Source of the DNA: Camelus dromedarius
Taxonomy: Eukaryota
DNA length: 64,000 nt
Reading direction: 5' to 3'
NCBI RefSeq assembly: GCF_036321535.1
Contig: NC_087438.1
Span: 746,001 to 810,000 of the forward strand
The notes beneath the pieces were generated by a model. It made no database searches, was not told the origin of the DNA, and was given only the letters and a program-made list of their open reading frames with translations. Shown one piece after another: positions 1 through 13,800 of the stretch. The position numbers and the translations under genes are program-made. Position 1 is the first letter of the stretch. Each line of letters starts with the position of its first letter.

Positions 1-250
1 TGGTGCAGCCTGTGGGTAGAGGTTGATGGCATTCTGTCGCCTGTGTAGGCTGGTGTGACCAGCACTGCCATCAGCATACACAACTGTCCTGCCATCTCTG
101 GGAGGCCCTGTGTGGTGCCCGTCACACCCCCCACCCTGCTGACCAGGAGCCTGCTCTGTGGTGAAACCCTGTCCCTTCAAGACAGTTACGAAGATGGAGA
201 GTACCACAGGTGAGCTCTGACACTGGTTTTTCCCCTCGCCGTGGCCCTGC

Positions 251-351
251 GCTGCGTGTCGTCGTCTGTCCCCCGCTCGCTGTGACCCTGTGCTGTGTGT
301 CATCTGTCACCTGCTCGCCGTGACCCTGTGCTGTGTGTCATCGTCTGTCCC
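251..351 (+). repeat. Imperfect 38-41-bp tandem repeat, about 2.5 copies
   Basis: gctg(c/t)gtgtc(g/a)tc...gctcgc(t/c)gtgaccctgt repeated. Confidence 0.8.
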
Positions 352-3300
352 TTGGATCTCAGGACAGCATTCTAGGCGCGGGAGTGCAGCTACGTTACCC
401 CGTGGCTCCTTGAGGGGCCCCTGGGTCTCTCCCTCGTTGGAGCTACGACAGATGCAGCTGCTGGACAGCTGACTGGGAGTTTGTGAGCAGTATTCGTAAC
501 TACATGAGTGTCCCTAACCTGGGGTCCGTGCCCAGGGGTCATGTCCTAGGCACTTGTTAGTCTTCTGTTCTGCAGGGGCTGCGCCAACTTGCATTCCAAC
601 CAGCAACTTAGGAGAGTCCCCGTTTCTCCGAGTCCTCGCCTGCATTTGGTGGTGTCACTGATTTTTGCTGCAGGTGCTCTGACAGAGGGGGGTGTAGACG
701 AGAGAAACTTGCTGGTCCTGAGAGGCCTTGACTCCTGCAGGGCCAGAGACGCCCGGGAGGAGGCGCCTGGACACGCATCTGGGCACTGGCTGCCACCCCA
801 AGACCTGCGCTCGGCTGAGGTGGGACTGGCTCTGAGAAGGGATAAGTGACTGACGGAAGGGGCACTGGCCTTCACGGTAGTCACTGAGAGACAGGGAGGC
901 ACAGCGCTGAGGCAGGCTTGGGGATCAGCGTTTAGGAAGCATTTTCTGAAGAAGCAAAGGGGTCAGAGGCACTGGACTTCCTCCTGGCACCAGAGGGCAA
1001 GGCAGGTGGCCTGTGGGGAAGGGGACAGAGCGGAGGACACAGAAGCTGCAGGACCACCCGCATGGGAGGGGACGGCTGTCCTGCCAGGCCTGGGGGGAGG
1101 GTGGCCCATCCTGGCTCCCAGGTTTCTGCCTCCAGGGAACCCACCGCCCAGCCGCCACTGTTCCCCGTCCTGGGGGTGCAGAGCAGCCCGTTTTATCATC
1201 TCCCCGGTTCTGTCGGTCCGGAGACTGGCTGTTCTCCGGGGGCAGAGTCACACGTGGGTGTGTTTTGTGGTGGTGTGTCACATGTCAGGCTCACTGGAGC
1301 AGTTCTTAATCTTAGCGGTAAGGAGAACCAACACTAAGGAGGGTCTTCGTTTATGCAGAGCTTTACATCCACATGGCTTCCTGCTCAGCAGCCCGCCCGC
1401 CCAGCAGCCCTGGGGAGGAGGTAGGCAGGCGTCCCCGGCTTTTCTTACAGGTGCAGAGGTGGTGGCTTCCTGAAAAGCCCCGATAATTTGGGGGCAGAGC
1501 TGGGACACAGGCCCAGGTTCCCCGAGTGCAGGTCCGGGGTCCCCCATGGCGGCCGGCTGGCACCCGGGAGCTGAAGTCAGCCGGGAGAAGAGGCAGAGGT
1601 TGTGTGTGCAGGGGGAGGGGACCGGGGGCTGGGGGACGTGGCTCCACCGGGTCATAGCTGCCGGGGGCGGGGGCGGGGGCGGGGTGGGGGCTGCTCCCAG
1701 GAGAACTCATCCTTCCACTTTCTCAGCGGACGAGCCTTTCATCTCCTCCCCTGGCGGCTTGGCCACTAATCCGTCCTGACCCGTTTCCACATCTTTGTGT
1801 ACTTTCTCCTGCACCTTAAACCACCTTATGAAAACCAATAAAAAGTGCTTAGGACTAAAAATCCCTCCAAACGGGGTATTCAGTCCTTGCACTTTGACAA
1901 ACACGGTTCAGCTCCTCTTACACACATGACTTCCACTTTCTGCACCCTTGAAAGTTATTTGATGAAATTTAAGAAAGCAGTAAGATAAAATTATCCCGTC
2001 GGTTGCTGAACAGTGGAATTTACTTACAGAATTAAGTCGGTTAATCGCTCCTGGCCCAGCCACGTCCTGGTTCCCTGGTGGGCCAGGCACAGGGCGGGGT
2101 GCCTCTGTGAGGTCCTCACCAGGTCCCAGAGAAGCTCAGGGCAGATCAGCTCCCATGCGCAAGAGCAAGGTGGGAGGGGAGAAAAGAGGCGACGACCACA
2201 AAGCCAGGGCTCCCAAGTGTCACTGGGAGGGGAGTGAGCGGGAACTTCCCGCAGGCACAGCCCCGTCACTGGTCGGGATCAAAGGCAGGCGGAATCCGCC
2301 AGTCCGGGTTTCTGCCCCTTCCACTCGGCCGGGAAGCACCAGGACCATCTCAGAAGAGCCCAGGTCAGAGCATCACACCCCCTAGAGCCTTCTCGTTGCT
2401 CCTAGAATAAAATTCAGACTCTTCACCCTGGCTTCCAAAGCGGACGTCACCTGGTCCCGGTCGGTCCCCAGGCTTGCACACTTCTGTGAACCGAGGCCTT
2501 GGAAGATCTGACGTCAGTTCATGCTCACAGAGCCCTGGGGGCTGGTGCTCCCAATGAGGAATTCTCAACCCTTCAGGATTCCAGACGCCTACAGATCAGT
2601 TGTGACGAAATATGAGCCCACAATCAAAAGCCTCCAAGAGCGCGGGAGGACGAAGTACCGCGAGTGAGGGCAGACACAGACGAGCACCGCAACGGCGGGG
2701 CCAGGGCCGCAGGCTCTGCGGCCGCTGAGGGACACCACAGCACGTGCCCAGCTGTCTCCTGGCGGAGGACAGAAGCGGGGGACAAGGTGTGACCTCAGGG
2801 CAGGACCACTGGAACACACCGGGAGGATCTCAAGGGAATCAAATCGAACTTCTAGAACCACAATAAAAAATTCAGTAAAATGAACCAAGCACCAACGCAG
2901 GGAACATCAGCAATGTGGAAAAACAGCCCTGACTTCAGCGCGAGGGACAAGGAGACTGAGAACAACAAGAGGCCAGAGACACAGCATCGTGGCGAGAAGA
3001 GGGCGCTTCTGGGAGAGCCCGGCTGAAACCGTCCTGCGACAGAGCCGCGGACACGCTGTTGAAGTGAGCGCCCCACGGCGGCAGGAGAGCCGGGTGCAGA
3101 GGACACGCGGCTCCGTGCAGAGGGGCTGGCACGCCGCAGCCTTGCCAGCAGCAACAGACACTCGGGAAGACGCTGAGACACCCACGGCGCCGGGGGGAGC
3201 CTGTCTGCCTGGAGAGTCTCAATAAGGAGGGTGAAACAAGACTTGCTGACTGCAGTGAGCCTGGAGGGGTTTCCAAGCAGCTGCCTCTCAAAGGGATGTG

Positions 3301-3719
3301 TGTCCAGAAGGAAGGTCTGGTGTAAGAAACGGGAGCAGGGACAGCAGATGAGAGGAAGGAAGACCTCACCGTGAGGCTCGGGAAGAAACAAGCTAAGACA
3401 CTGACGTAACAGCCCTGAAGTTTGGGGGCGACCGAGCGAGATGTTCCAGAGGTCTCCCCGCGACATCTGAACGATGCTGCCGGGGGGGGGGGGGGGCGGG
3501 AAGCCCCCGCCCCAGACTTCCGGAGGGCGCCAGCGCTGGCGTCGTTTCTTCCCTCGGTGTCAGGTGGGCACACTGAGAAGCCACCTGGCCCTCGAGTTCT
3601 CTCGGTGGGAGCTGACTTTTCGGAACAGAGGGCTCTTCAGTCACCGATTTCTTCTTGTGGGGGTTTTGGTGGTTTGTGTCTCTCAGGGCATTTGTCCTCG
3701 TGTCCACACTGTTGGCTGT

Positions 3720-5480
3720 ACTGGCACAAAGTGACCCAGGATTTTCTCTTGCTGTTCTTTAAATGTGTAGAATCTGGAGTGATGCCACCTCCCTCAAAAC
3801 TGGCACCATGACTGTGTTTTCCCTCTTTCTCCTAATCAGTCTGGCTGGAGGCGTCTTCATTTTATCAATCTTCTCAAAGAACCAGGTTTCGAGCTCATTG
3901 GCATTCCGTGTCGTCTGTTCTGCCACTGGCTTTTGCTCTGATACTTATTACATCTTCTGCTGCCTCTGGGTCTCATCCGCTCTCTTGGTTTGAGGCGGCA
4001 GCTGCAGGCACTGCGCGTCTGCCGGGCCGCGGACGCCCTGCGTGCTTCAGCTGCGCTCCGGCTCGCTGCCAGAAACACAGCCTTGGGCGTTTTGTGTTCG
4101 TTTTCATTTTCATTCCGTTCAGAATACTTTCTCATTTCCCTTTTGTTTCTTCTTTGATCCATGGTATATTTCAAGTGTGATACTTAATTTCCAAACTCAT
4201 GGTGATCTTCCCAGATCTTTCTGCTGTTGGGGCTAAAGAATGTAATTTGCATGACTTTAATCATTTTAAATTTACTTAGGCTGCTTTTATGGCCCAGAAT
4301 ATCCTTTCTTGATAAATGTGCTATATACTCTTGAGAAGAATGTGTGTACTTCTGATGGGGGTGGGGTGGCTACAAACAGGCACCGTGTCTGCTTCCCGTG
4401 CTCCAACAGAGGACACCTTACACTTGGTGGGTCGCTACTGAGACGGGCGCTGAAACCTCCTCCAGCTGTGGACTCCACTGCCTCTCCCTGCATTTCTAAC
4501 CAGTTTTGTTCCGTGTGCTTTAAAGCTCTGTTACTGGGCACACAGACGTTTAGGCCTGATGTGTCCTTCTGACGAACCGATGCCTGTGTTTTTATGGAAC
4601 GACTATTTTGTGGTAATGTTATTTCTCTGAAAACTACGTTTCCTGATGTTGACATGGTGGATTTCCTCTCAGGCTTTGATTTTTAACCATCTGTGTCCTT
4701 GGATCTTGCTTTTTAAAGTCAGTCTGGCAATCCCTGCCTTTTAATTGGGGTGTTTAGACCATTTGCATTTGATGTGATTACTGATATGGCTGGGTTTAAA
4801 TCTGTGATTTTGCTGCTGGTTTTCGATTTGCCCCAACTGTTTTCTGCTCCTCTTTCCATATTGTTCTGCCTTCTGCATTGAGTATTTTTTTTGGAGGGGA
4901 GGGGAGGTAATTAGGTGTATCTATTTATTAATTTATGTATTTTAATGGAGGTACTGGGGATTGCTAAGCACGCGCTCTGCCACTGAGCTACGCCCTCCCC
5001 TCCTGTCCTGAGTAGTCTGTCTCCTTTACTGAGCGTTTTATTCTAGAGGTCGCTGTCGGGTTTATGGTGTGTCTGGAACCTGTCTCACTCAGCCTGGAAT
5101 CACATCGCATCTCACACCCGGTGTGAGAGCGTCCACGGCCCCCCTCCTGCGTCTGTGCTGGCGCTCATACATGTCCCCCCACAAGTTATGAGCCCCACAA
5201 AACATTGTTATTATTTTGGCTTTAAGTGGTTTGTTACTTTGCAAGATAATGTAAGTGATATGAAAGTCAGTCAGTTCTTACCCATGTGGTTACTGCTTCT
5301 GGTGCCCTCCGTCCTCTGTGTAGATCAGATTTCCACCCACCTGGCACCATCATCTGCTGCTGGAAGACCTCCCTGCAACATTTCTTGTGGAGCAGATTTG
5401 CTGTGAATTCTTCCAGCTCTGGCGTGTCTGTAAAGTCTAATTTTTTAATGTATTTTGAGATGCACTTTCGTTGGTGAAGA
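3720..5480 (-). mobile_element. Degenerate LINE-1 (L1M-type) fragment
   Basis: T-rich + strand with antisense L1 ORF2-like motifs (cttgagaagaatgtg; ccttttaattggggtgtttagaccatt). Boundaries approximate. Confidence 0.7.
4885..5000 (-). mobile_element. tRNA-derived SINE (same family), internally deleted, inside an old L1
   Basis: Minus strand GGGGAGGGCGTAGCTCAGTGGCAGAGCGCGTGCTTAGCAATCCCCAGTACCTCCATTAAAA plus A-rich tail; aligns with the 37311 copy but lacks the B-box segment. Confidence 0.8.
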
Positions 5481-7346
5481 ATTCTAAGTTAGCAGCATCT
5501 CTTCTATAACAGGGGTGGTGTGTGCTGAGGGGTGAAGGCAGGCTCCCACGCTCATTTGGGCAGCCACCGCTTCAAGTTGGAGGCGCCCACCTGCCCAGGC
5601 AGGTGTGGAGCCCTGACCGAAATCAGGAGCTGAGCTCCCCCTGGTGTCCTAGTTGACTGCAAGCTTTCCACCTGTCCCCAGTAATCTGTCTCAGAGTAGG
5701 CAAGTTAAAAGTGTCTAAGGCCTGTAACAAACAACTTGAGAATGACGTGCTCCTGAAAACCCTGAAGTCATCACAAATAGCCTTCATGTTATGAGGATCA
5801 AGGGTGCTCCAGGAAAAAACCCGCCCAGGCAGCACCACGGCCGGTGGGAGGAACTGGGAGATGGGGTCCAGATGGCTGCTCGCTCAGGCCGCGGGCATGG
5901 GGCACCACGGGCAGGGGGTGGGCAGGCCTGCACGGGCGGGGGGGGGGGGTCACTCAGCACAGCCGATTGACTCTTAGGACACTGCAGTGACCAGAGCACG
6001 GCCTGAGGGCGAATTGGGAGCCAGAATGCCCAGTCCTGAAGCCGGCAGGGCTTCAGGCCTTATACTCACACTCCGCCTAAATGTTTAAAGTCCTGCTTAT
6101 CTTAAAAAATAAGATAAACGTGCAATTACAGCTTTTAGAAAGAACAGCCTGTGACTTTCTATCAACTAAACGTGTCTTAAAAGAACATGACTTCAGCAGC
6201 CAGAGGACAAGGCGGCCCATGGGCAACGGGATCTGCAGCCTGGGCGCCCCAAGACCCAGGGCTCGGGCCCCTTGGCGACGACTGAGTGGCCAAGGAGCGG
6301 GACGTGCACCCCGCTGACTGCCCACAGGGCTCCCCCACCACCGCATCTGGAAACCTGGCAATCGGGCCCGCCGTCAGGTCCACAGCACTGCTTGTGACGA
6401 CCTTTACGCCCCCTGAAACGAAGGCAGGTGTCTCAGCAGAAGCAACAGCCCTCCCGACAGCGTCTCCCTCTGAAACTGAAGCGAGAGGGCCGAGGGCCAG
6501 CTGCGTGGCTTCCAAGGCACGGCTAAGCTTTGCCGGATGCCACCTTTACGGAGCTGGGCCACAGGCCTGAGCGCCACTGTGTGTGGCTCGTGCCAGAGCC
6601 CCCGGGCACGGGCCTCCCAAGTGAGGCTTGGAATAGCCCTTCCGCCATGAATCTCATCAGTGCCCCAAGCGAACGTGCCCCATGGATCTCAGAGAAGCCC
6701 CCAGCCCCAAATAAAATGAGTGACTGAAAACCCGTGGGCGTAGAGAGGGTGAGACCCTATGGCAACCTGACCTTCAGGGAGTGCCCTCCACACGGCCTGG
6801 CTGGAGGATCCGACTGTGGGGCCCTGCCTGGAAGACCCAAGATGTTTCTCTCAAGTGGAGCGAGGCCACTGGGCTCTGATGACCGCTGCTGGCCCCTCGG
6901 TCAGTTCTGTGTGGGGACGTGTGGAGGGGCACATGGTCCTGACCACAAGAGCCACCTCCAGCCTCCGGCCACCTCAGCCACACATGCCAGGGGCAGGGCC
7001 ACTGATGACCTTCTGAGACCACAGCCCGCCAGTGTAGACAGCGCCACGGGTGACCTCAGGATGATGGAGACTGGATTCCCTGCTCTTCTCCCACCGCGCT
7101 AACCTACAGAATTTCTCTACCAAAAGCCCTGGTCCATCTGACCCCTCACGAGTGTGATGATTCAATAGCAGACGTGATTGCTTAAGAACAGTCATGACCT
7201 GAAAGCTTGGGAGACAGTCTTTAAATCTGCACCTTTTCACAAACATACATCGTGTGCTCATTTCCAGGAGTGGGGTAAACTCACGTATGGATCTGAAACA
7301 CCTTCCACACGGTGCCAGGCTGGGAGAAATGTGACAGCCAGAGAAA

Positions 7347-7352
7347 TTTATT
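7347..7352 (-). terminator. CLPTM1L: Probable CLPTM1L polyadenylation signal AATAAA
   Basis: tttatt on + strand about 425 nt downstream of the stop, in an AT-rich stretch. Confidence 0.75.
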
Positions 7353-7775
7353 TTAAAATAGAAACATACATACATTAAGCTTTAAAACAGTCAAATTTTA
7401 AACAAAAAGGAAAAAAACCTTTGACCCCAGAGTCTACACGGAATGGATTTAAAGAGGCGTTTGACGTTCCTTCTGGGAGCACTCACGGACGGCGTGAGAC
7501 TGAATCCATGCCTCCCTGTGCGGCGTCTGCGGGCGGGCAGGGGACGTACGTGGCAGTGATGGCGCCGCCCCTGCAGACACTGGGCCCGCCCATGGCGGCA
7601 GACGACGCGTTGCACGCTGGGGGCACCCTAAGTGCTGCGTGTCCCAGACACGACGTGAGGGATCCAGGAGATGTGAGGGCCTTCAGAGACTTTGGCAACG
7701 CAGAAGAGGCGGCGTCCAGGAGTCCCAACAAGAGCATCCGGATGCGTGGCCAGCACCCAGGCCTGCTGCGCGCGG

Positions 7776-7848
7776 CTAGTCCGTGCGGGGCTTCTCCTCG
7801 TAGGACTCGCCGAACTCGTTCACTCTGCTCTTATCCACAGGATAAAGC
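7776..7848 (-). CDS. CLPTM1L: CLPTM1L exon 17 coding part (73 nt including TAG)
   Basis: [23 protein letters not shown]; tgcag| acceptor. Confidence 0.95.
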
Positions 7849-10800
7849 CTGCAAGGGGGCCCAGGGCGCGTCACGCCTGGCTGGCGAGGGAGGGAGGCCG
7901 GTCCTCGGTGCCCGGTGCCCGACACGCGGCAGTTGGGAGTTTACTGCTGTCTGGTGCCCTCCTGGTGGTTCTGTAACCGTCAGGCCCGAGCTCTGCTCTC
8001 ACGGCCCACAGGAGGACGAGGACAGCTGTGCCGGAGCAGAGGCAGGGCCGGGACCCCCACCCGCAGGCTTCGACGCGGAGCGCAGCACAGGGGCCAGGCG
8101 GCGGCCGCCTGCCTGTTCCGCCAGAGCAGCTCCAGCCACACGCTTTGGGGAGAGATGCTCACAGGAGTACACATCACTCAGACAGAAACTGGGCCCTAAT
8201 CTGGGCAACACACGCCACCCAAAAGCTGCCTTCCCTGCAGGCAGGCCTGGGTGCGGGCGTGTGCAGACGTGCCCATCCACCCCGCACAGCCGCGCCTTGG
8301 CCCACGCTCACCACCGCTGGTAGAGGTAGACGAGGAACACCACGTCGTCCCTGAAGCAGGCCAGCCGGTGGGAGGTGGGCATGGTGATGACGAAGGCGAA
8401 GACGTCGTCAATGAAGGTGTTGAAGGCCTGCGAGGGGGCAGGGCCATGAGACGGACGCGCTGCCCCCCGCCCCCGCCTGAGCTACTGGGCGCGTTGTCCC
8501 CCAGCACCTGCACCACCAACTCGAGCCTCAGAGCTGCCCCACAAAGCAGGGAGCCAGCAAGGGGGACCTGGTGCCCTGACACCCGCCCGGCTCAGACCCC
8601 ACAGCCGGGTACTCCCCACCCGGTTCCCCACACCCGGGACCTAGAACTGCCTGGGAACCCAAGGTGACGACACGGTGCAGCCTGTCCAGGAACAGCTGTT
8701 TTGTTCGGAAAACCGAAGGAATTTTAACCGCCCCCCACACCCCACCCCAACACCGAGGCTCTAATTCACAGCCGGGTCATGTGTCCCAGCAGCACCAAAG
8801 GGCCACAGGGTCCAGCCTCCCTGCGTGTGGGACTGGCCACAACGCACCCAGACTGGCCGGGAGGTGAGCAGACCCACTGTCTGGGTTGACGTGGAGCCAG
8901 CACCCTGGACGCCAGGCCATGGGTACTTGTCTGTCCTCTGCTAACAACTGCCGAGAAGCAACATGGCTTTTAACTCAAGGGGACATCTGCTGTGTTGTGA
9001 CAAACACGGACCTTTAAAGTCCCCACGGTAACTTCAGAGCTTTCTAAAGGGGACCCCCAGACACTCCCCCAGGAGTGCAGCCCAAGGGCGAGTGTGTGTG
9101 GCCTCAGGCAGGGGAAACACTAACCTTGTAGGTGAAGGCCTTCCAGGGCAGGTGTGCCACCGACTTCATCTGGGGACAGGAGACAGGGCGCGTCAGGGAC
9201 TGGGCACATGGGGACAGGGGCCGTGGGGATAGGGGCGTCTTACCTTGTAGTTCACAAAGAGCTGGGGCAGCATGAACAGGAAGCCAAAAGCGTAGACCCC
9301 TGGGGAGACAGACGCGGCGCGGAGACTCGTGCGCACGACCAGCCGACCTGCGCGTCTCTGGGCGACAGGACCACCCACACCCGCAGCGTGGGCACCCCAG
9401 TGAACCAGCCCCACGCCCGGGGGGCCGAGCCGGTGCTGGGGGCTGTGATAGGGCTCCTGCCCCACACCTGGTGATCACGGCCCTCCTGCTGTGTGGACGG
9501 CCCAGCTGGCCCCTAACTGCCACCAGAAAGCAGCGTGGTCAGGACCGGCCTGGAGAGCAGGCGGGCTGGGACCCTTGTGCCCTAAGGCAGCATTTACAGT
9601 CCGGGGGAACTGCTCCCTGAAGAGCATGCCGTCCCCGGCTGGTCTTGCAGACACACCGGGCCACGCGGGGCCCAGCGTGGGAAGGGGCAGGGCCTGGCGG
9701 GGAGCCTCGCACCGCCCCGGGGTCATGCAGCAGTGCGACAAAGTAACATGCGGCCAACGCTGAGGCTGAGGCGGGAGACGCAGGACTCACCATTGACGAA
9801 GCTGTTGACCAACCAGGAGTACCAGCTGGAAGGGAAGAGGCGGTGAGGGGCGGCTGCGCCCGTGCTGGCAGTTAACGGCTGCACCCCTTACCCTCGCCCA
9901 AGGCTCAGACGCTAATGTGAGAGCTGCTTCCCGGGCGCGCCCACCGAGGCGCGGGTGGAGATGCAGTCCCGACAGGCTTTCCCCCCACAACTTCCAGGGG
10001 GACGGGAACCACAGCCGACTGCGCAGAGCCGTCAGGGCCGCAGGCTGTGCATTCAGTTCTGCTCCCACAAGTGTTCCCGACCCCACGAGGCCCAGGGTCA
10101 GCCCAGCCGCCGTCCACGCTGCAGCGACGACGCACAGCGGCAGGCGGCCCATCACTGTGGGCGCCTGGGCGGCGGGCTCTCACCTCTTGTACTTGACGTT
10201 CAGCAGAGAGTAGGCGGCGCCCCCGACACACAGCGGGTAGAGAAGGTAAGACAGGTACCTCATGGCCTGCAGCCAACAGAGACCTGTCAGCGCCGCCGCC
10301 AGGCCCGCACAGGCACCGCTCACCACACTGCAGACGGAGGGCGCACGCCCGGGAGCCCAGCGGCCAGCCTGCGCGAGGCTGTGCTGGAGGACAGCGCGCA
10401 TCTGTCCAGACCTCAGGGCGTCCCCACCGCGACCGCATGGCAGCAGGACACGTCCGCGCGAGGCCAGGAGAACCGGCCACACTGACAACCCTCAGGCCAG
10501 CAAGCAAGCATCTCAGAGAGGACTCTGGAGAAACACTCCCGGAGCCGGTGTCCGACTGACTTCTAGCCGACAACGCTTCATCACTGTTTGTTCTGATCTA
10601 AACTTTTTCAAATTCCCCCCAAAGCTAGGAGGCAGACGATGCCCCCTAAACCGGAAAACACGATCATCCCTGTACGGAAAGTGCTACGTGAAATCCAGCT
10701 GAAACCTGCGGGTCCCCACAGTGGGGAAAGCGATGGCCTCAGGACACGGGGGCCCCTGGGAGGCCCACGGCCCCGTGACAGGCCCACAGCCACGCACAGG

Positions 10801-13800
10801 GGACCGGCTCGGCCGCCCTCCTCCCAGGGGGAAGTTGCCGCAGGACCCCGCCCAGCAGGCAGCTCCGCCCACCTGAGTGTCGTACTCCTCTGTCTTCCTC
10901 TCCGACTCGCTGTAGGTGCCAAACTGTTGTGAAATTCAACACAGTCGTGTTAATTAACTGGCCAAACAGACATCAGAGGCTGTGCCCTGAGCTGAGTGTG
11001 GCTGACGTGGAAGCCCCCCAACTTCAGAGCACGGGGCGCAGAGGCCACGACCCACCAGCCCCATCGCGCTGGTGAGACCTGCCACGTGCCTCACTCCTAG
11101 CGGTCCCCAGTCCCGCTGGGTTTGCAGTGAAAACATTGCTCTTAAGTCAGTAAAGGTGGGTCACTGGCCTGACTTAGAACAAAACAAACTGCACCCCACC
11201 TCCAGGTGTCCCACCCTCGACCTGGAAACCTGAAGGCCACGCAGACTAAGGTTCCTTGATTTAAGCCCATCGTGGGAAGAGGAGTGAGGGCCCCGACCAG
11301 AAACCTCACAGTGACACCCAGCCCCACCCAATCTGCCCAGAAAGCTAGTGACCCCCAGCACAGCCGTGTGGGACCAGCCTGGACCGTGCTGCGGGCAGCA
11401 GCATACCCGCTGCAGGAGCCAGAAGCGTGGATGCCACACCTGCACCTGGCCAGCCAGCATCCTGTCTTGTTAGGGAGGTGGGAGAACAGCTCGCATGCGG
11501 GCAGGGCCAGGCCTGGGACCCCAGGGTAGTGAGAACGCCCAGGATGCTGGTGGGCAGAGCTGCAGAGCGGTGACCCGCCCCGCCCTCCCTGCTCCCAGAT
11601 GCCTGTGTTCCCACCAGTCTGCAGACAAGAGATCAGCGAGTGACCAAGTGACGCTCGCCTGCTCTCACGTCCCACAAACGCTGGGGACGCAGCTGAGAAA
11701 CATGACAGCAGACAACCTGGCCCCGCGAGCGGGCCGGCCGGAGAGGAGGTGGGGCGCAGAACCCGGAGGATGGGAGGGTTCCGACGGCAGAGCTCCCACC
11801 TGAAACGCGGGCCTCAGGCCCCTCCAGACGACCGTCATCTTCAAGGCCTTCTTCACTTTCCACAGCTGAGGGGAAACGAGGAGTGGGCGATGAGGTTCTG
11901 GGACCAGGGGGAGGCCACGGCACACTCAGGGCCAGCTCAGGGCCGGCTCAGGGCCCCACACCCCTGCCCACCTGATGGCACCGCTTCCCTCTGCTGCTCA
12001 CACTCAGGGCATCCAGCCTGTCCGCCCACATGGACCCAGCCACCTGCTTGGCGCCACCGGGACAGCACCAGCTGGGCTGTCCTCCTCTGGACAAGTTCCC
12101 CCCCTGCTCATCTGCACTCAGCCAGCTCGCCCCACCCCGCCTGCCTCCAAATTAGCCCCAGCACCTTCCCCTGGTACCTGGGAGACCCCAGCCCCATGTC
12201 CTGCCATTGTGGGGTCTCTCCAGGACCGACCCCACGGGCCGCCTCGCTAAGACAGGACCAGCACAACAGCCTGTGAGGTTGGTGTCTGTGCAGTGACTTG
12301 TGGCCATGGGAGGGTCCCTGCCAGCCGCAGGCAGGGCCTGGGACACGCAGAGCGGGGAAATCCTGGCCGGCCACCCCTTCATTGCTCCTGTGCCCCAACC
12401 CCACCTCCACTCTCGGCCCCGAGTGCCCCAGCCCCACAAGGCTGCTTTCTCTGAGCTCCATACTACCAGCAGGTCACGGGGCGCCTGCCTGCCACATGTG
12501 TCCAGGACGGCACCCAGCACAGCCAGAGCCACGGGGTGAACATGGCCGGCAGGAAGATGCGAGGAGCCCAAGCTTCCAGATGACAAGAAACACAGGGCAG
12601 TCTGCTGCTCTGGCCGGCAGCCGCGCCCGTGCCCTCCTAGGTGGCCCCACCCTCCTAGGCCAGGGATGTGAGTTCCAACAGCGCCGGGGCTGAGGCCCAG
12701 GGACAGCCACACATGGGAGCTCAGACCACACAAGCCCTGGGGGTGACGCACCTCGATGGCGGCTCCGATGCCTGCAGGGACCAGCACCAGCAGGCTCGTC
12801 TGCTCGTCCAGCAGGAACAGGAAGATGACCACCGTGCTGAAGCAGCGCCAGAGCACTAGGGGCGGAGAGAGGGGCTGAGTGGGCGGGGCTGAGCGGGGGT
12901 GGGGGGGTGCACGCGTGCAGCTTCGACCACGCCTCCCCTCCGTCCACTGAAAGGGAACAGTGGGCCACGTGCAGCCACGGGAGGTGTGAAATGACTGAAG
13001 GGCTGGACCGCAGAAGGCACTCGTCTGGTGTGGCAGTTACACTTGTACACACAGGTGCACAGGCCCGTGGAGGAAACCGGCTCCTGACTCGATCGCAGCC
13101 CTGCCTCCCCAGGTCCAGCCCCACACTTTCCTGCTTTCATGCCGAGTCTGTGATCCCGAGTTTGTTTTAAAACCTGCCCATCCTTTCAGGCTGTGCTCAA
13201 GGCCCCGCCGTGCACCCCTCTCGGGGGAGGTCAGGCCCAGGAACACACACTGCTCACGCCACAGCCTGAAAAGGCCGGGGGAGGGGGGGCACCCAAGCAA
13301 CCCAGACCACCCCTCAGTGTCATTCCCACGGGATGAAGAGAACGGCCTCCCTCATCTGAGACTCAGCTTGGCAGCCACAGGAGACCACGACCCGACACAC
13401 GGCACTGAGAGCCAGCACCTGTGCCACCTGTCACCCGGGCGGGGCCCCGTCCTCCACGGTCGCAGGCTCACACAGCCGGGCTGTTAGGACGCGGGCTCCA
13501 AGGCACCTCGTGAACAAGAGGCGGTCACACAGCACAGGCCCCACGAGGAGCGGCGGGCCTGCGGTGCTGGGGGGCATGCTCTGCGGCCGGGGGCCCTGGG
13601 CACCCACCTGCCTTGGAGGACATGCCGGTCATGCTCTTCTTCTTCTTCCAGAAGCTGATGTCGTTTTTAAATGCCAGGAAGTCAAAGAGCAGCTGAAAGG
13701 AAGACGAGACGGCAAGCGGCCTCTGAGGCTCTCCCTGCTGCTCCGCCCCGAGACGCCACAGCTCAGGAAAACCCACGTCTCCCAGCACAGCTCAGGCCAG

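Noticed and set aside
3482..3496. Long G homopolymers (also near 5938 and 42499)
   Set aside because: Common in GC-rich isochores and error-prone in assemblies; no functional evidence.
1..7300. TERT exons or promoter expected by synteny
   Set aside because: No TERT-like peptide was seen in any frame; it presumably lies further left.
7421..8323. 300-aa + strand ORF
   Set aside because: Antisense to CLPTM1L exons 16-17 and 3'UTR, non-ATG start, no recognisable domain.
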